A stretch of DNA of 30,369 bases from Batkoa obscura. Taxonomy: Eukaryota. The notes under the pieces were generated by a model, which was given only the letters and a program-made list of their open reading frames with translations, searched no databases and had not been told where the DNA came from. The stretch is from assembly GCA_030770535.1 (NCBI GenBank), contig JASVEC010000029.1, forward strand, positions 682,001 through 712,369, read 5' to 3'. This document shows positions 9,823-21,057 of this stretch, piece after piece. Numbering within the stretch: the stretch's first letter is position 1; every line of letters starts with the position of its first letter. A program made the position numbers and the translations under genes.

Positions 9823-12287
9823 TTAATTTTTATTTAATTTTGTGCTACTTCTTAGCCTTTCTTTTATGAACCCTCTTTGAGGTAACTTTGTTCTTTTTTT
9901 AGTAGCTGTATTTTCTTCTAAATTATTTCTTCTCTTGTTATTTTCTACATTTAAAGACAATACTTGTTCTGGTTGAATATACCGATGTGTGTCAGTTCCA
10001 ATTAATTCAACGTAATAATTTAAGCCTGGTAATATTCCTTTCTTAGCATCTGATCCTAATGTATCATTCCAAAATATTACTTCTTTGACTTTTACTACAT
10101 GTTCACTAAAACCTTCCTTTGGGAATATAGCATTGGCCATTTCACCTCCTCTAAGATGGTATTTTGCAGTTGTTTCTTTTAGCTCCTCCTCTCTTCGTGA
10201 AATAATTTCCAATTCTTCAAAATAGCTTAATACATTTTTCGTTTTTTTTATGCCCAAGTTATCTTTACTATCATGATCCCACCGCCCAGCAGCAAATTTA
10301 GTTTGCCACTTACGCCACATAAAATTTGGTGGAGGGCAGTTGGTTTTATAATAGCACAAAGAAGCTCTTATCCCGGAATGCTCTATAAAAGAAGGATCTT
10401 GTTTTAAAAAGGATTGAAAAGTAGCTCCAAAAGGATCAAATTTATAGACACCCCGTTTGTCAACTACTTGGTAACTTGTGGTATCAAGTCTACGGACTAC
10501 TAGATATTTTTCTTTATCTTTGATAGGAATCATAGTATTACGATCAATCTCTTTGATAGGAACTATTATTGCTGGCCAAAAACATGAAGCATCTTTATCC
10601 CAAGGGTCTATAAACACTAAATCCTTTTCATTATACTCTTCATTTATTTCATATAATTCTTTTGGTACATCTGAGAGATTAATTTCTTTTTTAATAGAAA
10701 GGCTGGATTCGGGAGTTGAATGGGTTGGTGAAGGAGTTGGTGGGAGTACTTTTGATACTTTTTTGGATACTGGAGCTACTAGTGTTGGTTTATTATTGTT
10801 AGTCAATTTTAAGTCAAAATTTATCGCTTTTAAATCAGGGAGTATTTTTTTAGGGTATTTGCGATGAGGCCATGGTAGCCCAAATATCTCATAATGACGA
10901 TTGCAACGTAAACAGCATGTCGTTGGCTCATCAACTGGGTGAATTAATTCATCTAATCCCTCCATAAAAGTGCCTTCTATCCCATTTAAAAATATTTTAG
11001 GTTTATTATTAATTGTAATAATTTCTGTTTCACAAGGGTTATAACACCAAGTACAAGATGAGTCATCATCACTACTTTCAGTTACTGGAGATAGTTTTGC
11101 TTTATTAATTTAGAAATTTTATTAGTTAACTATATTTACACATAAATGATGGTTACCTTTATTTGCTTTGTTGCTACTTTGTTCAAAATATGGTATATTT
11201 GACAACGTCTTTGGAAGCAAATTTACATCTTTTTAATAGTATCATTATTTTATAATGATATATATTGTTTACCTATTGATATTTCTTCATTATTAAACAC
11301 CTTAAGTCTTCTCATGGTATATCCTTTTCTTTTTATTGGTGAATCCTTATTTTCTTTTAATATTTTATTACTAAAAATAATATTTTAAATAATTACTTTA
11401 TTAATAATTAATATTATACCTTTTGCAAGTTAAACATAAACATTCTTTGTTATTTTCGCCAAAATAATTATCACCATATGATACTGTTATTTCTTCGCCA
11501 AATTGAATGTTCCTTATAACTTTAAATGTAATTATATGTGGTGCTAAAAAGTGGAATTTTGCATTTGGGTTACAATCATGGTTCACAAATCTAGCAGGTC
11601 CAAGTAATAAACAGTTTTTATTTGTACGACTTGATATCATGACTGAAAAATCTAGACCTTTTGATTTGAGTTTATCTAATAGTTCCTCATCGATAGGAGA
11701 AAACAATCCCATTAAATGTGTTATAATACTTTCGGTTTTAAATTTTTTTGTAGCTAACACTCTGGCTTGCCCATAATTTTTATTGATATTATCATTAGCT
11801 TTGTATTGTTCATATTGGTGAGTATCTGTTATTTCAAAGCCTGCTTCTGGATGATATATAGATAAATAGCGTGCTATATGTCTAGAAATCGTCAATATTA
11901 TAGTAATAAATGAGAAAATACTTACTCTTTAGTTGATTTTGTCGAAATATAAGGATTATTTAGAACTAATTTTTTCTGTGATAATAGGCTAAATAAGTTA
12001 GTAATTTTAAAATATAATATGCAATTAAATTACTTTATGATTAAATTAGTTGCATCTAATAATTTACCCTTTAGTACTACTAGAGTAAAAATTAAGCTAT
12101 GTATATTTAAAATGAAGTTGATGTGTGGCTTTTTAACTAATAAATGGTTTGGATGAAATTTCCTCGTTTTAAACCAAAGATTAAGTTGATCTAACAATAA
12201 TACAGTAAGTACATCATCAAATCTACCTAGCTGAGTATATTCTTCATCTGATTCGCTTTTGCTGTGGGATTTATTTTTTATTGACAT
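9823..12287 (-). CDS. set9: Histone H4K20 methyltransferase Set9/KMT5 with a C-terminal PWWP-like extension; 6 exons (12287-12034, 11988-11926, 11881-11420, 11370-11273, 11228-11157, 11099-9823), ~741 aa
   Basis: Set9-type N-terminus (FDDVLTVLLLDQLNLWFKTRKF; HIARYLSIYHPEAGFEITDT). SET core LLGPARFVNHDCNPN...GEEITVSYGDNYFG with post-SET CLCLTC. Five GT-AG introns of 44-57 nt give one open frame of 2226 nt that runs into the 380-aa ORF. Confidence 0.88.
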
Positions 12288-12836
12288 TATGATTTGACTA
12301 TACAATGTAAAATAATTAAATAGTTTGATACAAGTAGTCTTTTAACAATCTTTGTTCTACTTCTATAATATCATTCTTTTTGATGTTATTTAATTTTTAA
12401 TAGGTTTATAACTTTATTCCAGAATCTTCCAATCAGAATCATTTTCAACATTTTGTGAATATAGCCATTTAAGTTTAAGTGAACAATTTTTTGAAAATTT
12501 TTCGGCAATCATTCGTTTGGTTGATTTTCCTTAAAGCATAGGCCATAAGCAATACGAGTTTGTGTCTAAAATTTTATTCTAAAATGAACAGCTAATTAGC
12601 ATAAATATGAACTTAAATAACTTTAAATTGGTGAATACTTTGTGGATCAGCCTTAAGTGGTAATTAAGAGTAAATTCAAATGTAGAATTATGGCCAAATA
12701 AAGGTATAATGAAATACTTTCGTCATAATTTAAAGTGAACTATAAAATTGATTTTTTTTCTTAATATAAGATCGATTATATACTTTCAGTAAAAGTAGTA
12801 TAGTAATTTAATAATTTTATTATTTATCATATCGAT

Positions 12837-14634
12837 ATGGATGATACTAAAGAAGAAATTAAAATACACAAGTTGATAAGAACTACATTTTCCAAATTTA
12901 CACGTTGTGATCATTGTGATAAATTTTTATGGGGTTTAGTGAAACAAGGTTTGACGTGCCAAAAATGTGGCTTTGTATGTCATCCAACCTGTCTTAAAGA
13001 AGTAGAAAAGCTTCCATGTAAAGAAGTGGAAATAGACTCGAATAAAATAGAAGAAATACTAACTCCTGTTTCTTCTCCAAGGTTAAATAAAGAAGAGAAT
13101 ATAATAAAAGAGAATTTGATCCATCAGTTTGTTAATGGAAACCCTAAAGGAGGGGTTGCTCCGGCCTTACCAGATAAAGTTGTAGTTACCGCTGAGATTA
13201 ATGACAGCATGGAGTCTGAGATTTCTAAAAACGACTCTTTAAACGGAACTATAAATAGCGATGATATTTCTTTGGATGACAATTTAGGAACAAGTGATAC
13301 AAAATCTCCTTCTAACACAGGATACAATAAAAATATATCACAAAGCCTAAGACGCTATGCTAGTAGTGATTTCAGTAGTTCTTCTTTAACGAAAGACAAT
13401 GACGTTAAACCAACTCTGGATACTATTTTCAAAGATGTTATTCAACAGGCAGCTAATCATAAAAAACAGCTTCGAAATGTCAGAGAGCAGCCAAAATTGG
13501 GATTATTAACTACAACTCCCCAGAATTTTACTAAATTTATAACACGCATAACTCCAATGCGTTTAGGCTATGAACAACTATTATCTTTAATCACTTGGGA
13601 ATATCCTTATAAAACTTGGATTTTTTTATCAGCTTATTGCCTATTCTGTTATAGGCCTTTATGGATTTTATTATTGCCACATCTGGGGTTTTGGTATTAT
13701 TTAGGTAACAGTTATATAAAAGCTTACAGAAAAGAAGAAAACAAAATACTGTTGGAGGAAGTAAATCAAGGGGATAAAGATAAAGCATCTCCTACCATGA
13801 TTTATGCACAAAATATGCAGTTCGTACAAAATTTAATGGGTACATATACAGAGTTATATTCTTATTTTACCGATAATTGGGAGGTAATCGAACAAAAGTT
13901 GAATAGTCCAAATGCTGTTTTATTTACTGGAATAGGACTACCATTATCTTTTTTAATTGTTTATCTTATACCTTTAAATTATATTTTTATGATGGCTGGA
14001 TGTGTTGTATTACTATCCAATAATCCGTTGATGTTGGCAATATTTGTTACACTATCACCATTATTAGTAGATGAACTTTCAACCCATTTAGGTAGAGCAT
14101 CGAAAGTATTTTCAGCCTCTGGTTTAGGATCTCCAGATATCAAAACAGGAATAAGACCAAGAATAAAAGAAGTATTTGAAAATCAAAGGTAGTTTTTAAT
14201 ATGTTTGTTATTACGTATGAATATAGTTTGGTATTAATTTCTATTAATCTAGATGGTGGGCTATTTTAGGATGGAAAGATCAATTACTTGCAACAGAGCG
14301 CCCTTTATGGAGTAATTTTAAAGGAGATGAAGAGTATTCGGCAATTTATAATCAAAGTGCTGACCAAGATTTTCAATGGGCTACTGAAGGTTGGCAAATA
14401 GATACTGCGTGGTGTAAACCAATACAACCTGATAAAGATGGATGGATATATTATAATAATTTATGGGAAGGGCCAAGTAATTCTCCTCGGATTGATTCTT
14501 TTACACGAAGAAGATTATGGTGCAGAAAAATGATGCCTTTAACTAAAGAAAAAGTCCCAACCCCTGCAGAAATCGCATCAACTATTCCAGCCAAAAAGAA
14601 AACTTTCAGAAGGCTCTCAAATCTACTCCATTAG
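12837..14634 (+). CDS. C1 (phorbol ester/DAG-binding) domain plus Pex24p/Pex29-30-like membrane and dysferlin (DysF) domain protein; 2 exons (12837-14188, 14253-14634), ~577 aa
   Basis: The C1 motif H-x12-CxxC...CxxC-x4-HxxC-x7-C lies at ~12867-13019. Hydrophobic hairpins follow 'LITWEYPYKT'. A 64-nt intron splices to give FENQRWWAILGW...WQID...DKDGWIY...FTRRRLWCR, the DysF signature. Confidence 0.88.
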
Positions 14635-14869
14635 TTATAGTATTATACATATTAGATTTGATTTTTACTATTTATTTTAATCAAATTAAACTTTATCAAG
14701 TGTATACTATCAATTTTATTACTTTATTTTATTATAATTTTAATGGTTATCGTTTACATAAAATTGATAATTAATAAGGATATTTTATATATACTTTTTT
14801 TTATTTATTAAAAATGCTTGAATATATTAAAACTATAGATGTTTTAATGTTTTTTTTGTGGTTACATTC

Positions 14870-17601
14870 TTATTGCTCATTTTTGAAACCCATGATTGAA
14901 GCTTCTTTTTTCATTTCCCTTACAATATTTCTAGTCAATTTACTTTCATACTTAAATCCATCTACATTTTGTCTAAGTGATGGATCCTATTTAACAATAA
15001 TTAATCAATACTCTATTTTATATAGATAATTAAAACCTACAATCCCTTCAAAAATTTTAGACATCATTTCATTTGAAGCAGAAGCAAGCTCTGATAAATC
15101 CTTTGTCGCTTCAATTGCTCTATGGTTAATAATGTCTACCATGGAATATAGTTTTTCTCTTTCTAAATCTTTAGTGACGGCTGCACTTGTTAAAGTGGAA
15201 CTTTCGGGCTTTTTGTAACTATCTCTAAGGGCATATGCATTTTGGAATGAACGCTCGCCTTCAAGTAGGATAGTTTCTATCTCCTTTTGTTCTTTTTCCA
15301 TGTAGTCTAAATAATTAATGATGGTATTCTGACTATTTTCTAACTGTTCAAGTGTTTTATAAATTCTATTTATCTAAATAAAATAGTTTGTATTTTAAGT
15401 AATATATTTAAATGATATAATTACCTTTCCACCATCAAGTTTAACTTTATTATCAATTTCAAATAACTCTGCACTTTTTGTATTATAATGGGATTGAAGC
15501 TGTTGTAATCTTTTTAATTGTTCAGTCATAAATTCTCCAACAGTTTGATTTGGATTCAAATCATATTCTTTAACTACATGTTCATTTTTTTTATCATTTG
15601 AAGCATTGGCTTGTACACTAAAACAAACAAATAAATAATCGAATATTATACTAATTTTAAATTGTTACTTTGTTGAAGATCCAAGTGCATTGACTGTCGA
15701 GCTACTTACAGGTACTCCTGAAGTAGAAGTGGGCTCGCTTACTTTTGCTCCAAGTACATTCGTAGTACTATTTAAACTATTAGTTAGTTACTTTATGATA
15801 AATATTGATAGTACCTTATTGTGGGTTGAGTTGATATAGGTGTTTGAGCCGAAAATTGATTTTCAGAGACGGAAGACCTAGTTGTTATATTTGTTAAGAT
15901 GTTCAAGTTAACTGGTATAATTACCTTTTTTCCCCAAATAAATTACTTGTTAGTGCTTGAGTTGTCACTGATCCAGCCGAAGTCCTTAAAGCTTATTAGA
16001 TCAAGTAACAATATTATAGTTAAATTTACCTAGCATTGAGTGATGAAGAGGTTGGCGCTTGAGTAGAAGGTGCAGTAGCTTGACTTCCAAATATATTATT
16101 TGTGGTTTTTGGTTGGCTATTTGTCTGAGAGTCAAATAAGTTCGATGCTTGTTTATCTGTAGTGTTTGTGTTATTTGTAGCTTGACTTCCTAATAAAGTT
16201 GTTGAGGCTGTGGTTGAAGGAAATTGAAAACTCGAAGTTTTATTATCTGCTGCATTTGTAGAATTAATTTGGCTCCCTTGTACACTCGTTGTGGGCATAG
16301 ATTGACCGTTAGCTTTACTTTGTGAAGGGCTGTTTTGGGCTCCAAATAAATTCAAAGCTGGGGTACTAGCAGCTGATTGACCTCCAAATAAATTTAGAGA
16401 GGGGGCAGTACTGGTTGCTGATTGCTTTGCAAATACGTTTGTAGAAGGAGCAGTAGTAGTAGTTGATTGGTCTCCAAATAAATTAGAAGAAGGAGCAGTG
16501 CTAGCAGCTGGCTGCTTTGCGAACAAATTAGAAGAAGGAGAAGCGCTACCAGTTGCTTGATTACTAAATAAATTTGCTGAAGGAGTAGTGCTAGTAACTG
16601 GCTGCTTTGCGAACAAATTAGAAGAAGGAGAAGCGCTACCAGTTGCTTGATTACCAAATAAATTTGCTGAAGGAGTAGTAGTGGTTGAGTGATTTTTGGT
16701 TACATTTAATGTGTTGCTAGGTTGTTTTTCTGCCTCATTTGGTTCTGATTTACCTTGAGTATTGAACAAGCCTGTATTAGAAGCACTATTATTCCCAAAA
16801 GGAAATGAATTAACAGAGTTACTTTGATTACCTAAGAGTCCAGGTGAGCTGGTTGAAGAGGTATTTTGTGTCCCAAACATGTTTTTTACATTTGAATTAT
16901 TTGCAGTTTGATTTTCGAATACATTCTTTCCAAATATATTGCTTGGCTGGTTAGAAAACGAATTTGACCCAGAGCTCTTAGAGCCCCATTGATCGCCGAA
17001 TGAGACTTCCTTGGAAGGAGTAGATGCCTCTTGCTTGGATGATAAATCTGGTATAGTTGTAGTAGATTGAGCACCAAAAGCTAGAGTAGGCTTTGCCTGG
17101 CTACCGAAGGTATTTGTTGTAGAAGTACTGACATTAGATAGAGAACCGAACAAGTTATTTTTTGATATATCATTACTTTTACTTGCATTCGATTGGTCTC
17201 CAGATGCGCTTAAGAAACTACTTTTTTCACCAAATGGGCTTTTTGCTGACATAGATCCAAAGCTAAATTGAGTATTTTTTGAAGCTTCATTTGTAGAATT
17301 AGATGTATGTTTTTCAGATAAATTTGACGATGAAGGGTTAAGTGACTGAAAAGCAAAACCATTAGTTGTAGATTTACTTCCAAACATAGGTGTAGTAGAT
17401 TGAGCTTGAGTGTCTAAAGGCTTGGCCAAGTTTGTTAAATTAGTGTTAAATCCAAACAATGATTTGTTCTCTACTCTAGAAGTTGGCTGATTTTCAGAAT
17501 CTTTTTTAGCATCTGATTTTAAGTCAAAGGGATTACTAAAAAATGTTAATAAATTCATAATTAAAATATAAGGATCATTACTTATTAGATTGTCCAGTCA
17601 T
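14870..17601 (-). CDS. FG-repeat nucleoporin, Nsp1/Nup62-like; 8 exons (17601-17582, 17535-16030, 15984-15925, 15877-15815, 15767-15669, 15617-15425, 15373-15041, 14986-14870), ~796 aa
   Basis: S/T/N/Q-rich region with many FG / NLFG motifs. The spliced C-terminus NQTVGEFMTEQLKRLQQLQSHYNTKSAELFEIDNKVKLDGGKINRIY...LDYMEKEQKEIETIL...EREKLYSMVD resembles the Nsp1_C coiled coil. All introns are GT-AG and the frame is preserved. The exon 5 acceptor could alternatively lie 9 nt earlier. Confidence 0.8.
16476..16680 (-). repeat. In-frame 90-bp tandem duplication (built from 45-bp subunits) inside the FG domain
   Basis: The peptide TTPSANLF(G/S)NQATGSASPSSNLFAKQP occurs twice with near-identical DNA. 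Confidence 0.9.
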
Positions 17602-17834
17602 GTTTTCGTACTTGATAAAATTAACTATATTCAATTACACTTTATAAAGTTTAGGCGTCTATAAATTTTTTTTTCAATAGTCAAATTTGAATCCACTTTA
17701 ATATTATCAAAGATAAAAATGTGTAACAATTTTGCATTGACTCAGTAAAATAATTGCAAAAAATCAGTGTAATTAACGCAGTAGAATGCTGCAAAATTAT
17801 TTCACTAAATTAAAAATAAATCAGCAATAGTATA

Positions 17835-17930
17835 TTGGGTGTTTTTTGGTTTCATCACTTCTTCCATTTTTTAGCGCTATTAAGAAGAAAAATTATTAGT
17901 GAAATTCTTAAACAAAAAAATATATTCTCA
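17835..17930 (-). mobile_element. MITE family copy (reverse orientation, degenerate ends)
   Basis: GTTTTTTGGTTTCATCACTTCTTCCATTTTTTAGCGCTATT...AAAATTATTAGTGAAATTCTTAAACAAAAAAATA is the reverse complement of the 20234 and 20537 copies. Confidence 0.75.
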
Positions 17931-18276
17931 TTTCTAGTATTTAGAAAATTTAAAATAGATAAAAGTATGTCTTTTTTAGATATCTTATTTAAGAAATATA
18001 TTTCGCATTTAAAACGAGGATTAAATTGTAATTTACTATTGTAAATATGCTATTATATATATTTTACATTTTATTCTTAATAACAAGCTTGCTTAAATCT
18101 TAACTTAGTTTTATGTTCTACCATTTCTTATGTTAACAAATTTTATCATCTCCAATAAATTAAAGTGAGCTTTTTGCTAATTGGTTTATGCGATTCAGTT
18201 ATACTTGAATCAATACATTATAAATTAAATAAAGGAGAGGAGTTAACACTTTTTTAATTATTGAAAATACTTTAAA

Positions 18277-19108
18277 ATGGATTTATTAAAAAGTGCCTTT
18301 GGCTTAAAGAGAACTAAAACAACGTCAAGTAGAATGTCTTTGGCAGAAGAAAGTAAAGTGGGATACAGCCGCGAAACTATAATGGCTAATTCTCAGCCAG
18401 ATTTACGCTATTTGGTAAATAAATCAAATTTTGATCCAAGTATAATATTTCCACAAGCAACAATCAATAAATTACCCACTCCGGATGAATGTGTTCATAA
18501 AGCATTATTGCTCCATGAAGAGGGCAAACTTGAGGAAGCAACGGAATTATTAAAGATAGCTGCTTCACAAAATCATCCTCTTGGCCTATTTTTATTAGGC
18601 ATATCACTTAGACATGGTTGGGTAATTGTTTTTTTGTACATACATTAGTTGGAAATACTTTAAGTTATATGTATATACTTCAAAATAAATTTAATAATTT
18701 ATTATTTCATAGGGATGTGAAGTCGATACTTTATTAGCATTTCAATGTTTACAACATTCCGCCGAATCCGCGATAATTGATTTAAATACAATAAAAAATT
18801 CAGATTGTTCAGTTGCAAAGCATGAATTAACTATAGCTATACATGAGCTAGGTATATGTTTTAGCCATGGTTGGGGAGTATCTAGGAATAAAGAAACTGC
18901 TGCTTATTATTTTGAAATAGCTGCCAAGTTAGGGGATCCAGATTCGCAAAACGAATTAGGGCATTGCTATTTAAATGGTATTGGAGTAAAAAAGGATAAA
19001 AACAAAGCAGCATATTATTTTAGATTGGCACATGATCAAGGAGTTGGTTTGGTTGGAAATTCATGGATATTTAAAGATAAATATAACAATACTAATATTA
19101 ATAATTAA
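18277..19108 (+). CDS. Sel1-like repeat protein, Nif1/Dsf2 (mitosis inhibitor) family-like; 2 exons (18277-18621, 18713-19108), 246 aa
   Basis: A 91-nt intron joins LRHGW|GCE. SLR repeats: AIHELGICFSHGWGVSRNKETAAYYFEIAA and SQNELGHCYLNGIGVKKDKNKAAYYFRLA. The family-typical ending GNSWIFKDKY is present. Confidence 0.88.
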
Positions 19109-19208
19109 TCTATTTTTATACATCAAATTTAATAATGTAAAGGAAGCACTTATGTTAAACAAAGAAAGACAGAAAATGTAGAAGAAAAGGAGGGAAAGTG
19201 GCTATTTT

Positions 19209-19824
19209 TTATTTTTTATTATTTTCTAATAAAGGTTCACTATAAGTTTCATATGCTATTAGTTTATAAGCTATTCCATCTATTTCATAGGTATATGTCT
19301 TTTTTAAAAACCCTTCACTTTTATAAAGAAAAAACCCTTTCTGTTTTATTTCGATTCCTCCTTCATTGATTCGAATACCTGAGTTATGATCCTTTTTTAA
19401 CCTCTTAAAATCATCTTCGTCATCTGGGTGAAGTATTGAATTGTTTATGCCATAACGGGGGTATCTACGTAGCAGTTCATAATAAAGTAAAAAAGGGGCA
19501 ACTACTTTTGAAGGTGTCCAACACTTGCCATCTGTCCACCTTATTATACCATCTTTGCTTTTAATATGGACAAAAACATGCCCAGGTTCAATGTTTTGCT
19601 TTTGACTTTCTGTTAAACGGTCTCTTATAATCTTTAGTTGACCATGATGGCATTTTTCTAAAAAAAATAAATAAAAGTAATAAAAATCATTAAAAGTCCC
19701 ACCTATGATTTCTTTAGCATCGTTTTCATCTTTTATAATACCTATTTTTTATTAATTTTGATTAAAGTAACTAAATTGTTTTACCATAGTACGTATAAGA
19801 ACAGTTGCTATAGTTCTGATACAT
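19209..19824 (-). CDS. Gti1/Pac2 family (WOPR domain) transcription factor; 3 exons (19824-19785, 19741-19703, 19657-19209), 175 aa; absent from the ORF track
   Basis: The spliced protein MYQNYSNCSYTYYGIIKDENDAKEIIEKCHHGQLKIIRDRLTESQKQNIEPGHVFVHIKSKDGIIRWTDGKCWTPSKVVAPFLLYYEL...YKSEGFLKKTYTYEIDGIAYKLIAY has WOPRa (RWTDG..W.PS) and WOPRb (G.LKKT....G..Y.LI.Y) motifs. Introns are 43 and 45 nt. Confidence 0.88.
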
Positions 19825-20233
19825 TTTAAAAAAATTAAAATTAAAATAAAATCAATATTGTATTTATAGTATGTAGAAGCAATATATGATTACTGTATAA
19901 ATTAATATTAAAACCAATACTAATACTAATACTAATTTTTTGATAGATTGATGATAGAAGTTTTAATACAATAAAATTAAAATGATTATAACTATAATGT
20001 ATGTATTTTTCACCTTTATTAGCAATAAACCCAAGCTTAATCAATATATTTTAATTGAGTGTTTGTTATTTCTAATAACTATTATTGATATTTTAATCTA
20101 AAGTTTATTCATTAAAGTTTATTTAATTTTAATTTTATTGAAATAATTAGATGATTCAATCACTATATATTTATTTTATAATAACGTTTTTGATTTTTAA
20201 TATTAGCTAATACACTATAAAAATTGTAGTATA

Positions 20234-20328
20234 TAGGGATGTATTTTTTTGTTCAAGAATTACTAATAATTTTTTCGCTCAAATAGCGCTTAAAAAATGT
20301 AGTGATAAAACCAAAAAAACATCCTCAT
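20234..20328 (+). mobile_element. MITE family copy
   Basis: TAGGGATGTATTTTTTTG...AAATAGCGCTTAAAAAATG...AAAAAAACATCCTCA is a direct repeat of 20537-20637 and is TA-flanked. Confidence 0.8.
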
Positions 20329-20536
20329 ATCCTATATCCTACCTTAAATATAGAAGCTTTTTATAAGCAATCTTTGGTGCTTTGGTTAAACAAGTAAGTT
20401 ATTGGTTGCAACAGCACTTATTTTTATGACAAAAAGCAAAAATTACTTTGAAGTAAAAAAAATTCAGTATTGTAATTCTGTACCTTTGCCATCAATTCTC
20501 ATCAAAAAACTGATTATTCGTGAAAAATCCTATATA

Positions 20537-20637
20537 TAGGGATGTATTTTTTTGTTTAAGAATTTTACTAACAGTTATTCTACGCAAATAGCGCTTGAAA
20601 AATGGAAAAAGTGATGAAATAAAAAAAAACATCCCTA
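20537..20637 (+). mobile_element. MITE family, best-preserved copy (~101 bp, terminal inverted repeats, TA flanks; Tc1/mariner-type by inference)
   Basis: Perfect inverted ends including the flanks: TATATAGGGATGT (20533-20545) and ACATCCCTATATA (20629-20641), extended by T/A runs. Non-coding and multicopy within the window. Confidence 0.82.
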
Positions 20638-21057
20638 TATACTTATAAAACTGTCGTAAATTTCACAAGTACATAATAATAAATCGCTTATTCTGATAAA
20701 CAATATTTTATTAAAGACAATGAAACATCTTTATGTTTTAAAACCATAATTACATTAAACATCTATTTTATTATCTAGATATTTGTATCTCAAAATAGTT
20801 GGAGAACATTTAATTTGATGCTTATCTGGCGGACGAATTTAGATAATAAATATTCTACCACTACTGATTTAAAGGACAATAAGTTAAATTAAGCTGAGGA
20901 CAGTTTTAAGGTATCTATATTACATATTAATTAATTAAATATATTTGATATCATAATATCGTACAAAGAGGTTTTGAAATGTCAAATGAAACAAAGATAT
21001 ATATAAATATAAAATTTAATTAAATTAATGAACAAACGCTAATTGCTACACAGTATA

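Noticed and set aside
18231..18251. AAAGGAGAGGAGTTAACACT resembling U6atac
   Set aside because: Short partial match in the leader of the Sel1 gene, and the rest of U6atac is absent.
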